Assembly (NCBI GenBank): GCA_050273025.1
Contig: CP158635.1
Location: 32,302,001 to 32,366,000, forward strand
From: Cenococcum geophilum
Lineage: Eukaryota
Length of the DNA stretch: 64,000 bases
Direction of reading: 5' to 3'
Shown here: one piece after another, positions 1-12,550 of the stretch
Numbering within the stretch: the first letter of the stretch is position 1
How the letters are laid out: every line of letters begins with the position of its first letter
Notes under the pieces: generated by a model
The model's input: only the letters and a program-made list of their open reading frames with translations
What the model was told of the DNA's origin: nothing
Database searches by the model: none
Position numbers and translations under genes: made by a program

Positions 1-340
1 GTAGGGCCTTAATAAGTTCTTTGTGGTAGCCTTAGGGCCTTAATAAGTTTTGTATAAGGTATCTATAACGCGTTAACCTTAACAAGTTCTTATAAAAAGA
101 GGTTCCCTACGCCCTCGCCGTGTCTCTATAATCTTAGAGCTAGTATAAGCCTAAGGGTATCCTATTATACGACTAGGGCGCATTTATATTAACTAACTAG
201 ATAATAAGGCTAGTTTTAGGCCTAGCTATAAGCTAGGTAGTTGTATATTAGGTGGTTTTTATATCCTAGTTTCCCTTAATAGGCCTTCTTAGGTAGTAGA
301 GCAAGAGCCTTATACGGAGGCAGTAAGGCTCCTAGTGTTA
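1..340 (-). mobile_element. probable 5' end of a Tad1-like LINE (runs off the window start)
   Basis: Minus strand reads ACTGC...GCTCTTGCTCTAC at ~295-325, matching ACTGC...GCTCTTGCTGTAC at the 5' end of the full-length LINE (~39976-40003). Confidence 0.4.
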
Positions 341-519
341 TTAAGGGCGATATATTATACGCAGTACGCGTCGCGAGCTTAACACCACAGAACTACGACG
401 ACAGCGCGCTGCATGCGCTGCGACGGCTCCCTACTATCGCCTCTACACTTAGCCATTAAAAGAAACGATTTTCTAATAATATTTCCACCCGCGGCAATAT
501 AGACGCGTGCAGTAGGGCT

Positions 520-1990
520 TCGCGGGTTTTAGTAGCTATATAGTAATTAGATATTACCTAAAACTATTTAAAGACTTTATTATAGTAGTCCTTTAGAAAC
601 TATAGAACCTGTCCTACTTTATAGTAAAGGCCTACTAGCTAATTATATTACTTAATACTATTAGAAAGCCACTTAAAAAAATAGGTATATTACTAGTTAG
701 CTAAAGAGAAATAAGGCTAGGGCACTTAATATAGATAGCGCTAAAGTTACTAACCTAATAGGTATATATAGTATAGAGAAGTAACTTAAACCTAGTAGCT
801 TTACTACTTAGCCTTAATATTTCTAAGGCCTTTAATTAAGTCTCTTATAAAAGAATAACCTATAATATAAAGGTCTAGGCCATACCCTATTAAATAGTAT
901 AGTTTATAAAACCCTTCCTTAAAGATTAAGTAATAAGGCTCTTAATTAGGGGCTATATAGCGTAAATAATATAGACGAATACTAGTATATCCTAAGGCTT
1001 AGCGCTATTACTAATCCTTTTTCTTTTCTTTATCTATATACTTTTACTAGAGCTATAAGGGGATACTACTATAGTATTTAGGTTCGTTAATAACTCTAAT
1101 ATACTAATATATAGTAAAACTACGGAGAAGAACTATAAAGCCTTAAAAAGGGTGTATAAAGTATATATAGCGTAAGCACGCCAGTATAAAGTAGTATTTA
1201 CCCCTAAAAGTATTACCTTATCTACTTTATAAGGAGCTATAAGAAGTTTAACATAAAGGCTATAGTTAATATACGTAGTTTTATAGAGTGCCTAGTTAGT
1301 AACCTATATATACTAGGAGTATAGGTTAACTTAAAGCTTAAATAAAGGCCATATATTAATATCGTTAAAGCAAAAATAGTTACTAAAATAACCGTATTAA
1401 CCCGGCTTATAGCTTTTATATAGGGCGCCTCCTTTTAAAAGGCATAAATAGTATACTCTACTATAGTCTAGCTAGCAATCTTATATAGATATAGTACCTA
1501 ATACTTACTACTAAAGTAAATAAAGCATAAGAAGATAAGTAAAACTAAGCTACGCTAGCGAGGCGTAGTATAAAACCTATATCTCTATATTATTATAGGG
1601 GTGTATAAATTAATACTAATAGTAGTACTTAAATATAAGATAGGGTTTCCGCTGCTCTAGATATACTTAAAGGAGCTAGCTATAGCCTACGCAAAGAAAA
1701 CGTAGAAGGGGCTAATAAAAGGGTATATTAAGAGGGAATATAATACTATACGAGCTATAATAGCCTACTAGCTCTAGCCTAGAATAAAGCTATTAATACG
1801 GCCTACTAAATAAGATAAGCTTAAGAGGATAGCGGCTACTATTATAGAGATAGATATATAGCCGGTAGACCTATCTAAAGTATAGTATAGAAAGAGTAGA
1901 AGGGCTAAGGTATAAAAGACGTTTAAAAAGTAATAGAAAAGGGAGTAGGGAAAGTGTTAGAGTATACTTACCTACTATATAATGGCTTAG
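520..1990 (+). pseudogene. RIP-degraded Tad1-like LINE ORF2 fragment (RT and C-terminal region)
   Basis: De-RIP motifs KAYRPIxLLNTxGK (~625-670), LDISxAFDxVSH (~810-850), TGIPQGSxLSPILF (~980-1025) and GFVDD (~1080); many TAA/TAG stops. Confidence 0.75.
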
Positions 1991-3570
1991 GCTAAGCTAT
2001 AGAGTACGTAGAGACTATTTTAATAAGCTATTAATATAGTAGAAGGCGAGATAATAGTCCTAGAGGACTTTAATATATATTATATAGCCTAGGGATAATA
2101 GTAGACTATAGTAGAAGTATAGTTAACCTACTTACTTAACGAACTAGAAACGTAAGGCCTTGCTCTAATTACTTTAATTAGCGAACCTACCTAGGAAAGA
2201 GGTACCTAAGAAAGTATAATTAACTTTATATTTATATAAGAAGCGCTTATAGACCGGCTAGTACTTTACGGGCTAGAAAATATATAGGCACTAACTATAG
2301 ACTATATACCTATACGGATAACTCTTAATATCGCTATATTAGCGTATTAAACTCGCTAGAGATACACTATTAGAAAACTTAACTAAGAAAAATATACCTA
2401 GGAAATTACTAATAAACTGGCGATAATACCTTAGGTAATGCTAAAGGATATCTAGGGTACTATAAGTAACTGCCTAGAAGAATACTACCTAAAGGCCTAG
2501 CTTAGTAAATTCGCCCGGCGCGAGTAGTCGCTTAAGGTAGTATAGCTACTTATAGGCATAAAAAGAGCAAGGTAATAGTATAGCGCGATAGGCAAAGCCT
2601 ACTACTAATAGAGCTATAAGGCCCTAAAAATAGGCTTAAGAAGATAATATAAAAGGAGAGTAGAAATAGCTAGAGCTACTTCTTAGAGGAAATTATCTTA
2701 GACCCTACTAAACTATATAACTAGGGACTTTAGCGAATATTAAAGTAGAGTAAGTAAGCCGTAGGGAAAATGTTAGGGGACCCCTATCTCCTTATACTCC
2801 GCTAGATAGAATACAACTAGTATATAAATAATACTAAGGAAAAGATAAAAATACTAGCGGAGATATTCTTTCTAGGCGTAGGCTAAGCGGACCTATAAGA
2901 TACTAATAGCTAAGACTACCCCCTACCCCTAGAGATAAGCTAAATAGTCTTAATAAAGGAAATAAAAGAAGCTTTATAGAAGCTCCTTACTAGTAAGGCG
3001 GTAGGGCTAGATAAAATCCTAAATAAGGCAATTAAAGCTATGTTAAAAGCCTTAATAATACTACTAGCTAACGCTATAACTACCTACCTTTATAAAGGTA
3101 AGCTACTAGACTATTATAATATAATAATTATAGTCGTTCTAAGAAAGGTAAATAAAAAGGACTACTCCCTCCTAGAAAGCTACCAACTAATTACACTTAA
3201 GAATATAATAGGAAAGCTTCTAAAAAAGATAGTTATCGAACGTATATAAGAAGCCGTAGAGGCGTAAGGACTGCTACTATAGACATAAATAGGCGCAAGG
3301 AAGAAGCGTTTAACTCTCTTAGCCCTCTCTTTAATTACCTCTAGTATATAGGCTGCGTAGTATCTATACTAAGCCTAGACCTAAGCGGAGCCTTTAATAA
3401 GATATTATATAAGAGACTCCTATAGATCCTAAGAAAGAAGGTCCTACTAAACTAGATAGTTAGGTTTACCTAAGCCTTCCTAATAGGGCGTATTACTAAG
3501 ATAGTATTTAAGGGCTATAAAAGCGAAATAATACTAATACTAATACTAATACTAATAGGTATTCTATCCC
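1990..3570 (+). pseudogene. second RIP-degraded Tad1-like LINE ORF2 fragment (APE endonuclease and N-terminal RT)
   Basis: GDFNxH motif at ~2063. ORF 3040-3249 (VVLRKVNKKDYSLLESYQLITLKNIIGKLLKK) matches the LINE RT motif LRKxxKxDYxxxxSYRPIxLxNxxGK. Truncated just at GIP. Confidence 0.8.
3531..3557 (+). repeat. (ATACTA)n hexamer microsatellite, ~4.5 units
   Basis: atactaatactaatactaatactaata. Confidence 0.8.
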
Positions 3571-4909
3571 TTATACCGTTAATTTCGTCCCTAAATATAT
3601 AGCCTAAGCTTAACTAATTAATCCTACTTATTTACAAGCGGTTAGTAATTCTACTATAATATAAAAAAAATATATAGTTAAAATAAAATAGCTTACTATT
3701 TAGAGCTTATACGCTTAATATACTCTTTTTAGTATAGACTAGATTAATAGAGCGAAATGCGATAGAGCCTATACCTAAATTTAGTATATAGCGTCTACTT
3801 TAGACGCTTTAAATCCCTTTTACGCCTTATTAAGGAATTATATAATAGCTTATATAGAAGCTTCCTTCTATTAGACCTTATAATTATAGTCCTTTTTCTA
3901 GCCTTAGCGTAAACTAAATATATCTTATCTACCCTATTAATAATAACCAGCTTATATCCGTAATTTATAGGTATTTAGGAGACTATTTGGCTTATAGATA
4001 GACAAGTTTCTAATATATTAGTAGGCTAAATTAAATACTTAAAAAGGGCGTTTATAAGATCTACTATAAAGTTCTTATGCCTAGTTTTATATAGCTAGCT
4101 AGATATAGTAAAAGAAGATAGCTTATAGTAGTTAGTAATAATTATATTAATTAGGAAGTAGAATAGCGGCTTTTAGATACGCTTATAAACTCTTAAAAAG
4201 GTATAATAATACCTTATTTAGTCCGCTATATCTACGCCTTTTATAAAGTAGTTATAGAAGTTAATAAAATATAGGATCTAGAGCTATTTACGTACCTTAT
4301 CGCCGAAAATCTTATATATTTAAGCTACTTTTATAGCTATAGTAGCCGGACACTTCCTTTCTTAAAGTACCTTTATAAAAGCTAATAATATATAACTTTA
4401 GTAAGATAGCCGTAGAGTTAAAGTAGTTAAGTTACTTATTATCTACGGTAGTTCTTATAAAGAGAACTGTCTACGTATCTTTCTAAGTAAATTCTATTAT
4501 AGTATTATTATTTAATATAGCTATATAATGTATACTTTATAGAATCTTAGAACTATAGAAGAGCTTAAGCTATATAAGCTATAGCTTTATTTATTTATTA
4601 TATAACTTATTATATAGCCCGTCGCTTTCCTCCTACTCTTTATACTTTATTTTTATTATCCTAACTATTCTAGCACCACTAATCCCTTTCTTTTAAGGTC
4701 TTAAAAGAAGTCTAATAAAGGTAAAGAGGTTATCTAGCTAAACTATATACTTATTTAGAGAGTAAAGGCGCTTTTTAAAATTCTTCTCTACCTATATTAG
4801 TAAATTAAGTACTACTAATTCCATTTTAGTAAATCCTTCCTCTTTCTATTAATACTTATCTAGCTTAAAGGAACTCTTCTTTTTACCCTTTATATAATAT
4901 ATCTAATTA

Positions 4910-5022
4910 GAGCTGTATAAAATTAGCCTCTATACCTCTACGCGGTAGAGCCCAGGAACCTAGCAGCTACTATTAGTATTTTATTAGGATTATACTAATA
5001 GACTACTAGAGTAAACGTAGAG
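4910..5022 (+). ncRNA. HDV-like ribozyme fold (RIP-damaged)
   Basis: P1 4910-16/4947-53 (imperfect); P2 CUCUAU 4928-33/GUAGAG 5017-22; P3 ACC/GGU; L3 UCUACGC; P1.1 CU/AG; long P4 4960-79/4992-5009; J4/2 AGUAAAC (catalytic C position mutated to T in a CpA context). Confidence 0.72.
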
Positions 5023-5750
5023 ACATGCGTATAGCAGCGCAGCGCTAGTACTGCGACGTGGTAGTAGTGCGTAGAATTTTTTTACTAGGAGGGTAAGCCC
5101 TAACAGAGGCTTACGAATATAACTATTACGTCTTTACGTATACGTCTAGTATACTTAAACCACGGCATCTACTTACGGCGTCCCCCTTTCTCTTATATGG
5201 TATAACGATATACTATACGGCACCTATACGTGGTTAAACTATATATACCTTGTAGGTAGAGTCTATCTACCTTCTTATTGTGTCTTCCTCTACTTTAACC
5301 CCCCTAACTTTATTCTATTATATTAGTAGTATAGGTACTTAGTTATAGGGGCTTAGTATACTTCTATTGCTAGTATAATACTAGATTAAGTACGCTATTA
5401 GATATAGAGAGATAGGAGGTAGGTTAAATACCTTAGGGAGGGTTATAGGAGGACAGTAGGTAGGCGTATATACGTATATATGGTAGTAAGAGGCTAGGGA
5501 TAGGCAAACGATATCTAATAGCAATCTATAATAATATAGAAGTATAGTATATAGGGTAAGATAGGCTATTAGGGACTATTAGTCTTAGAGCAGTTAACCT
5601 AATAGTATTTTTCCTCCTATTAATATAGTATAGGCGTAATACTTAGATGGGTATATGCTGTATTACTACTTACGTCTCCCTTAAAGGTTTTTTATACCTA
5701 AATTATTGGTATTTATCTATATAGACTAAGTTTAGGACCGTATAAGATAT
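4910..5750 (+). mobile_element. non-autonomous retroposon 2 (ribozyme head, non-coding body, LINE-like tail) inserted in piggyBac
   Basis: Flanked by TAATTA (4904-4909, 5751-5756). Removing it restores the piggyBac frame GYLL(D)(W)IL. Ends in ccgtataagatat-taa, like ccgtatcagacgttaa of retroposon 1. Confidence 0.75.
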
Positions 5751-7181
5751 TAATTAAGAAGGTAGCCTTAATTTACTAGGACCTATATCTTATAACCTTC
5801 TAGTATTAACTTTATTAGAATATTAACTATTTTAAATACCTAGCTAGTAAACCGGTTAGTTATCTTATTAATAGTAAGATAGACTCTAGGGTAATAATAT
5901 TAATAATAGTAAGTTTAAATATACTTACTAAGGTCCTAAATACGTTTAAAGGTACTATAGAAGGCCTTATTACGATCTTTTTAAGGTATAGTATAGTAGA
6001 AATAGCGGTTAATCTGCTGCTATCTCGTATAGAAAATATATTCGCGATATATATATATATATCGTTCTACGCCAAAAGTTCTATCGCCAATAGTCTTTAA
6101 TAGTTAGTTTAATATAAATTCCTATATAGATTAGTACTATAAAGTATGCATAAAGCTCTAGCTTATATATTAACTTCTATATATATAGGCGTCCCTCTAG
6201 CTATTTATCCTCTAGTGTTAAATACAGCTCTATATATAGCTTAGTAAAGTTTACTAGTTTATTAAGTAGCTTATTAGTAAAGAATAGCTTAAATATACTA
6301 TATGCATCGCCTAGATTAACGTTATATAGAAGATTTAGGCGTCTATATTCGTTATTATTATTAATATATAGAGGTATGAAATTAAGTAGAGGCCTAGGCT
6401 AAGGGGGGGGCTTTTTTCTTTAAACTAGCTAGCTAGTTTAGATATATAGTTAGTAGAATTAAGTCCTCGTTATTAAAAGCCTATTTCTTACCATAGTGTT
6501 AATATATATAGGGTGTTGATAGTATTGTTTACATTTTGGTGGTGGAGGTTTTGATGTTCTTGAGGTCGCGCATAGGCCATATCTGCACGGCCGACGACGG
6601 TGTAAACTAGGCCGTTTCGGGCCTGGCGCCCCGACCGTCCGCGCCTGGACGGTTACCATCCGAGAAGAAGACCTTAGCTAGGCATAACTTTAAGTCCAGC
6701 GGCTTGCAGCTCGCTAAAGCGTATTGGCTAAGTTGCCTTATCTTTAGGTCAGAAGGCAGGAGCTGCCTATAAGTTCACCGTTACTAAATGGGACAATCTA
6801 CGCCTAGACTTAGCCGAGAAACTACAGCCTATATACGTATTACATGCCTAGATGAAGTTTGTAAATATTCTAACTAGGTACTTTTTAGAAAAAGATAGAC
6901 CCAAGGCAAAGATTTCCCTAAAAACCTCTTATAGTTTAATATAGCACTTAAGTGCTATAGCAAAAAGGGCTAATATATTATCAATATCTATTATATATTA
7001 GGGGGGGGGGCTATTTAGCGCGGTTACAGCCTAGGTTAATATAAGGTCGCGTAATAACTACCCCTAAGTACTCTTATACGCGATTTTAGGCAAAAAGAAG
7101 TTTAATTAGTACTTCTAAGTAGTTGCGTAATATTACTCTAAATTTAAAACACCTAAATACGTTCTATTCTTATATAATAAG

Positions 7182-7270
7182 CGTCTTAGTTACTATAGTA
7201 TAGTCCTATATTAATACGTCTTAGTTACTATAATATAGTCCTATATTAACACGTCTTAGTTACTATAATA
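7182..7270. repeat. 35-bp tandem repeat, ~2.5 copies
   Basis: cgtcttagttactata(g/a)ta... units start at 7182, 7217 and 7252. Confidence 0.9.
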
Positions 7271-7299
7271 AAATAAGTATTATCTATTACCTAAAAGAG

Positions 7300-10240
7300 A
7301 GCCTTTTCCGCCTTAGATATTCTTATAAAGCCAATTTAAAGAACGCTAGCCTTATAGCTACTCTAGCTAATTAATAACCCATTTCCTATCTCTTACTATG
7401 CCATTTTCTACACGCCGTTTTATATCCTTAATTATTTTATAGCAATGGCTATAGAATATAACCTTACTATTAACCCGCTAATACGCCCCCTAGTATTAAT
7501 TAAGAGCTTTAATTAACCGCCTACCCGCTAGCCTTAAAGCCTACTTAGCCTAAAGCTAAAATACTAAATCTCCGCCCTAAAGTATTTTATATTTCCTTAG
7601 CAGCGCCTATAAATTAAGAATAAATAAGAAAGGTTAAGTATTAGCTTGCGGCAGCTATGGCGGGGATATAGTAAACGTTATAGTAAATAGCTAAGTAGGC
7701 TCTACGGTACTAGATAATTAATTATCTATAGTAGATAGTGGCCTTTTTAATAAAGGCTTTAATAAAGGATATCTTGGTATCTCTTTAGGGACTAGATATA
7801 TAGAAGAGTGTTTATCTAAAGATGGAATTTAGCTATTAATATATTTAGGAATAGACCTAAATATAGGTATAAATATAGGTATAGGCACGAGTATATGTAT
7901 AGGGCTATTTAAAGGTAGACGTATAGACTCCATATGCTCTATTTAGATACTTATTTTCCCTTACTAGATCTATATAGGTATAAATAATGCTAATAACCTT
8001 TTTATTTTACTAAATTGGTTTAAAATTATTTATATATACAATTACACACTTTTTATTTTTAAGATTGCGACCTTATATTTTAGCTTAGCTATAGCCTTAT
8101 AGGCGGGCTAGTATTTCCGTATTATTATCTTATTTAATATAACTATACTAGCTAGCGAGCTTTTTACTTATATAGTAAACCTCTAGTACTCCTTATAGCT
8201 AAAGAGGGAGTCCCCCTATAGGGGGTAGAGCGGGAACTACTTATATAGAATTACTAAGTCCTATAGTAGGATTACCCTAAACGCGTAGAGGAGGCGTAGT
8301 GTAAGGGTTATTTTGGCCCTTACTCGTGCTGCATCGCCTAGGGGCTTATAGCCCTTCCCTCCTTATCGGTTCGTCTCTGTACTAGGCTATTACCTACCCT
8401 TATTACTATATCGTCCTCTTTTATCAACTCTTCTTATAACTTATGCTCTGCTTACCTACTCCCTACCATACACCCTAGTAATGTGCCTTACACGTAGAAA
8501 TCCCAAGTTTATAAGGTTAAGCTGTATAACCTTATTATTAGCCCTATTTAGGTAGTAGGTCTTTATATACTTTATCTAAAGGGCCTCCTTTAGTACCTTT
8601 TATACATAAGAAAGAAAGTAGCCCTTTTCTTTCTTTAGGGAGCTAGTAATTAACCATATAAACGCGTAAGGTAGATAACTAAGGTAGGCTCCTATTATCG
8701 CGTCTATATTCTAGTATCTAGCTTATTTAATTTAGGTCTCCTTAATCCCGCTAAGCTTAGTATACTAAACACTCTACTTATAGGCGCTATAGGTCTTCTC
8801 TTTTAAGTAAATTCCTACTCCCTAGAATATCTTCTTATTCTATTTAAACTGTATATAATAGCTTAACGGCTATTATAGTACTTTAATGCTACTAGGGAAG
8901 ATGTATAGGTTATAGTAGTTCTCTAGCTACTAAAAGGATAAGAAGTTCTTAGCGCTACTTTTACCCTAGTAGTTAAAGAAGTCAAAGGCTATTATAAAAA
9001 GAGAGTAGAGAATAGCGTTAGTATTAAATATATAGCCTATATACTTAACCTTGCCATATTAATTCTACTTCCCTTATATTATTAATATAATTATATATAG
9101 CGCCAGCTTATCTAGTTTAGGCCCTTTATTCTCTAGTTTAATAAAAATAAAGTTAGTAAGCTAAATATCCTATCTACTTTTACCCGAGGTAACGGTAGTA
9201 TAGCCTAAAAAATAGGTTAGAAAATGGCAGCTATATAGACCAGATATAAACCTAATAAATACTTAACCGTAGTTTAAAGGTAAGACTTAACTAAACCTAG
9301 TATCTTAAAGCCTGTCTTCTAGTATTAAGTAATTACCTTTTTAAGCCCTTTAATATTATAGCCGCTAGTAATTATAAATAGGCCGTAATTAATAAAGTTA
9401 ACGCGTTAAATCTGGTCCTTATTATAGTGAACGCTATTTAGTACCGTTAAGAGCTTCGCTTCCTATAGTGGCTATAAGGCCTTACCTTTTAATTACTTTG
9501 TATAAAGCTTAGTAATAGTAGAGACGTAGTTATTTATAACTAAGTATTAAACTATTTTATTAAATAAAGCGTCTAAGGTCTCCTTATTTTATATCTCCAC
9601 TTTTTCCCTTATCCTTTAGCACGGTAGCGTCCTATGAGTAAGTAGTCCGTGCGTAAAGTTGTGAATTCCTAAGTATAGGCACTAAATTCAGCTCCTCTAA
9701 TTGGCTAGTTTTTCTCGATACTAGTAGGACGCAAATTAACGTGCTAAGGGATAGCTTTCTTCTCTATAACTATAGCTGCCCCTATAGCTACCTTTTCTCC
9801 TAGCTCTCCTTCCGCCTGCTTAGCTATCTTCTACCTCTTCTTTACCTACTTACTATCTTTCTATATATCTTTCTATATATCTTTCTATTTTAACTTACGT
9901 TTTTAATAGCTAGCGGCTTATAATTCTTAGTTAATAATATATTACTCTAAAATAGGTAAAGCTTATCTCCTATTACCTTGGCGCCGTCTATATTACCTTT
10001 TAGTCTTATATACTAGCCCTTCTACTTTCCCTACATTAGCTTATATACCCTTATTATATTTTTTTTAAAGCGCTAGGCCTTATAAATATTCTATAGCCGC
10101 GCCCTTTAGGCCCTAAATTCGCTCTAGAGGCTATAGAGGGAGAAAGAAAAAAGGGTAAGGGGGCTTCCTTTAACCGTGAAGTAGACTATAGGGTAAGAAG
10201 ATTTTAAAAAAAAACTTTATATCTATAAGAGGTAAGAGGG
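7300..10240 (-). pseudogene. Crypton-type tyrosine-recombinase transposon ORF (NDC10-II/YR-like domain plus C-terminal GCR1_C-like domain), RIP-degraded
   Basis: De-RIP motifs VTxDKL (~9970), GKxNQHGKVEY (~9060), AELxGIxExQIxRAGxWNxDAMxGAYLSYLP (~8760-8670) and LWAEWxxGxxG...WR...FYSRRxxII (~7555-7430). Confidence 0.8.
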
Positions 10241-10433
10241 TGTTATAGAACGTGGGTAGTGGCTATAGAGTATATATATTTAAGGAGTCTATAAGACGTT
10301 ACACGATTAATCGTAAGGGTTAAGGGCGTAAGGAGGTAATATACCTACGCGTAGCTAATATAAGCTATATATAAGGTATACGCAAGAGCACGGGGCTCTC
10401 CTATAGAGGCCCCTACGGTAGGGTTCTGTAATA
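10241..10433 (-). repeat. Gypsy A 3' LTR
   Basis: Direct repeat of 33609-33801, differing by transitions. Confidence 0.95.
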
Positions 10434-12015
10434 CTACTCCTCCTCCTATAGAGGCGGAGCTTTGGTAATGCTGTGGTTACTATATATATATAAAAGGGAC
10501 ACTTAAGGTATAGAAAAGAAGAAAGGGGGGTATTGCTAAAGGTTTAAAACAATATTATATAATAAGGCTTAGCATCTAAAAATCTAATTAATTAGATAAT
10601 TTTAACCGCTGGTTAAAGTTCCTAGATATCTTAACAATATTCCGGTTATATAATCGCACTTTACCGTAATTTAACGGTAATCCACCCTTACGTAGTAATA
10701 TATAACAGTTTAACTCTATAAGGGCTCCTATAGAGGATTAAGTATAAAATCTCTGCTTAGGCCTAGTTTCTATAGGTTTACGTAGTAAAAGTTGCTAATT
10801 AGATCCTTTGCATTTTTAAAGTCTTTTTATAGTTGCTATTCTGGCTAATCTATATTAAATCCTATGTATATAGCTCTATAGTAAAGCCGTCGTCCTCTGC
10901 CTTTACTAAAGTATTTAGAGTTAATAATTTGTTTAACGGTCTACTCCTTATAGTTCTCGTCTTTATTCTTATCTTAGATTAGTACTAGTAGCGGGTTAGG
11001 CCTAGTAAGGGGTTAGGCTAATAAAGGTGTAATAGCTATAGGTAAAATATAGGCTATATTTTATAAGTGGCTAGGGTAAGTAGGAGTTCTAGCTTATATA
11101 CGGCTCCTTTATTAATAACTTATTTAATTAAATAGGGGCCGAGGTTTTTATAATTAAGTGACTTTATAGGCCTTTATATAGAGATATTATGTGTATTTAG
11201 CTATACCTAGTCGTTAACACGTATCTCTGGTGGTGGTGTTTTATAGCAGTTAATAAAGTAGGCCTACTTTGCTTAAGCCTAGGCCATTTCTCCCTTATAG
11301 TAGTTAAGTAGATTTTTTATACGGTCTATATACTAGTCGGCAAGTAGCATCTTAAGGCGTTTTCTATATAGCAGTTTTTTATTAATAGGTTTTAGTGGCT
11401 CTATGCCAGATTAGGGGTAATAACCCTTATTTATAAAGAATGGGGTAAGTCCTATAGTAGTTAAGATATAGTTATTTGCTACAAATTTACCTAGTAGGAG
11501 GTAATTTACCTAGTTATCTTAACTATAGGCGACTACCTATTATAGGTACGCTTTTATACTAGTATTAGCGTTTTCTAGTTACCTAGTAGTTTTATAGTAA
11601 AAGGATATAGATATCTTAACGGAGATATTAAGGTGTTAGTAGATTCGTCTTTATATATTAGAGTTAAATTATATACCTTAGTTGGACGTAATTAAGTTAG
11701 GTAACCTATATAGTTAGTAAACTTTATAAAGGAAGGTGTTAGTAATATTGCTAATAGCTACGCCTTTAGTTAGGACGTAGTGGCGCTCTTTTATAAGTTA
11801 GTATATTATTATAAGGATATTCTTATAGGTACGGCCGTGTCGTTTATAAGGTAGTAAGTTAATAATGAAATCTATAGCGATATCTGCCTATTATTATATA
11901 GGTACTAGTAAAGGGTATAGTAGTCCTTAATACTTTATATTAAAGGCCTTAGCGCGCTTATAACTATAGTAGGCGCCTATAAAGCGTTTAACTAAGTCTA
12001 TTATTTTTGGCTAAA

Positions 12016-12442
12016 TGTAACGGAACCTTATAGTAAGAACTACGGTGGGTCCTATTATTAGGCTAGGTGTATAGGAAATGTAAGTATAAAAGTTGACAAT
12101 GTAATAACAACTAGTAGAGTGGTTGCCTAACAGATTAACTCTAATTGTATTCTAAGAATTACTATAAGGAAGGAACTATCTAGGTAGGGACTAAGGGTCC
12201 TTAAATACATAACCGTACTCCTATAAAATCCTTCTTATATATAATATACGTATACTCTATCTACTCTATTACGGATTACACGGATTCTATAGATTATATA
12301 AATTACCCTATATAACCTTAGTTACTATTCCTCGTTATATAGTTCTATCGGCTTCATTCTAGACCGTGCTTATATTAACTAACTAGCTTCTTTCATCTCT
12401 TCTCTAAGTAGTTATAACATTATACTTAAAGCGTCCGTAATA
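12016..12442 (-). repeat. Gypsy B1 3' LTR
   Basis: Pairs with 27527-27953. Confidence 0.95.
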
Positions 12443-12550
12443 CTATCTCCCTCCTCTTTATCTTTGTTCTTAAAGATTTAAAATATCTCTAAGTTATTTA
12501 CTAGAGGTATAATATCCGTTTAATTAATTTAGTTAATATTATTGCTTATT

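Larger units (their letters stand above)
3578..6860 (-). mobile_element. piggyBac-like DNA transposon relic; transposase ~6500-3720, interrupted at 4910-5750
   Basis: De-RIP minus-strand motifs: IDExxxRFTGR..NIPxKPxPEGYKIW (~5870-5780), WLDNLF (~4735), GAGTVR (~4675), WxDxxTVLFMxT (~4480), YNxFMxGVDxADQ (~4250-4220) and a C-terminal CxxCxxxLC (~3770). Termini are approximate. Confidence 0.85.

Noticed and set aside
350..520. GC-rich hairpin segment (cagcgcg...tgcgctg)
   Set aside because: Could not be assigned to any RNA family or element end.
5195..5290. possible third HDV core (acc-tatacgt-ggt at 5222-5234)
   Set aside because: The P3/L3 match is striking, but convincing P1, P2 and J4/2 partners were not found.
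6459..6659. 66-aa ORF
   Set aside because: No recognisable domain; it overlaps the piggyBac 5' hairpin region.
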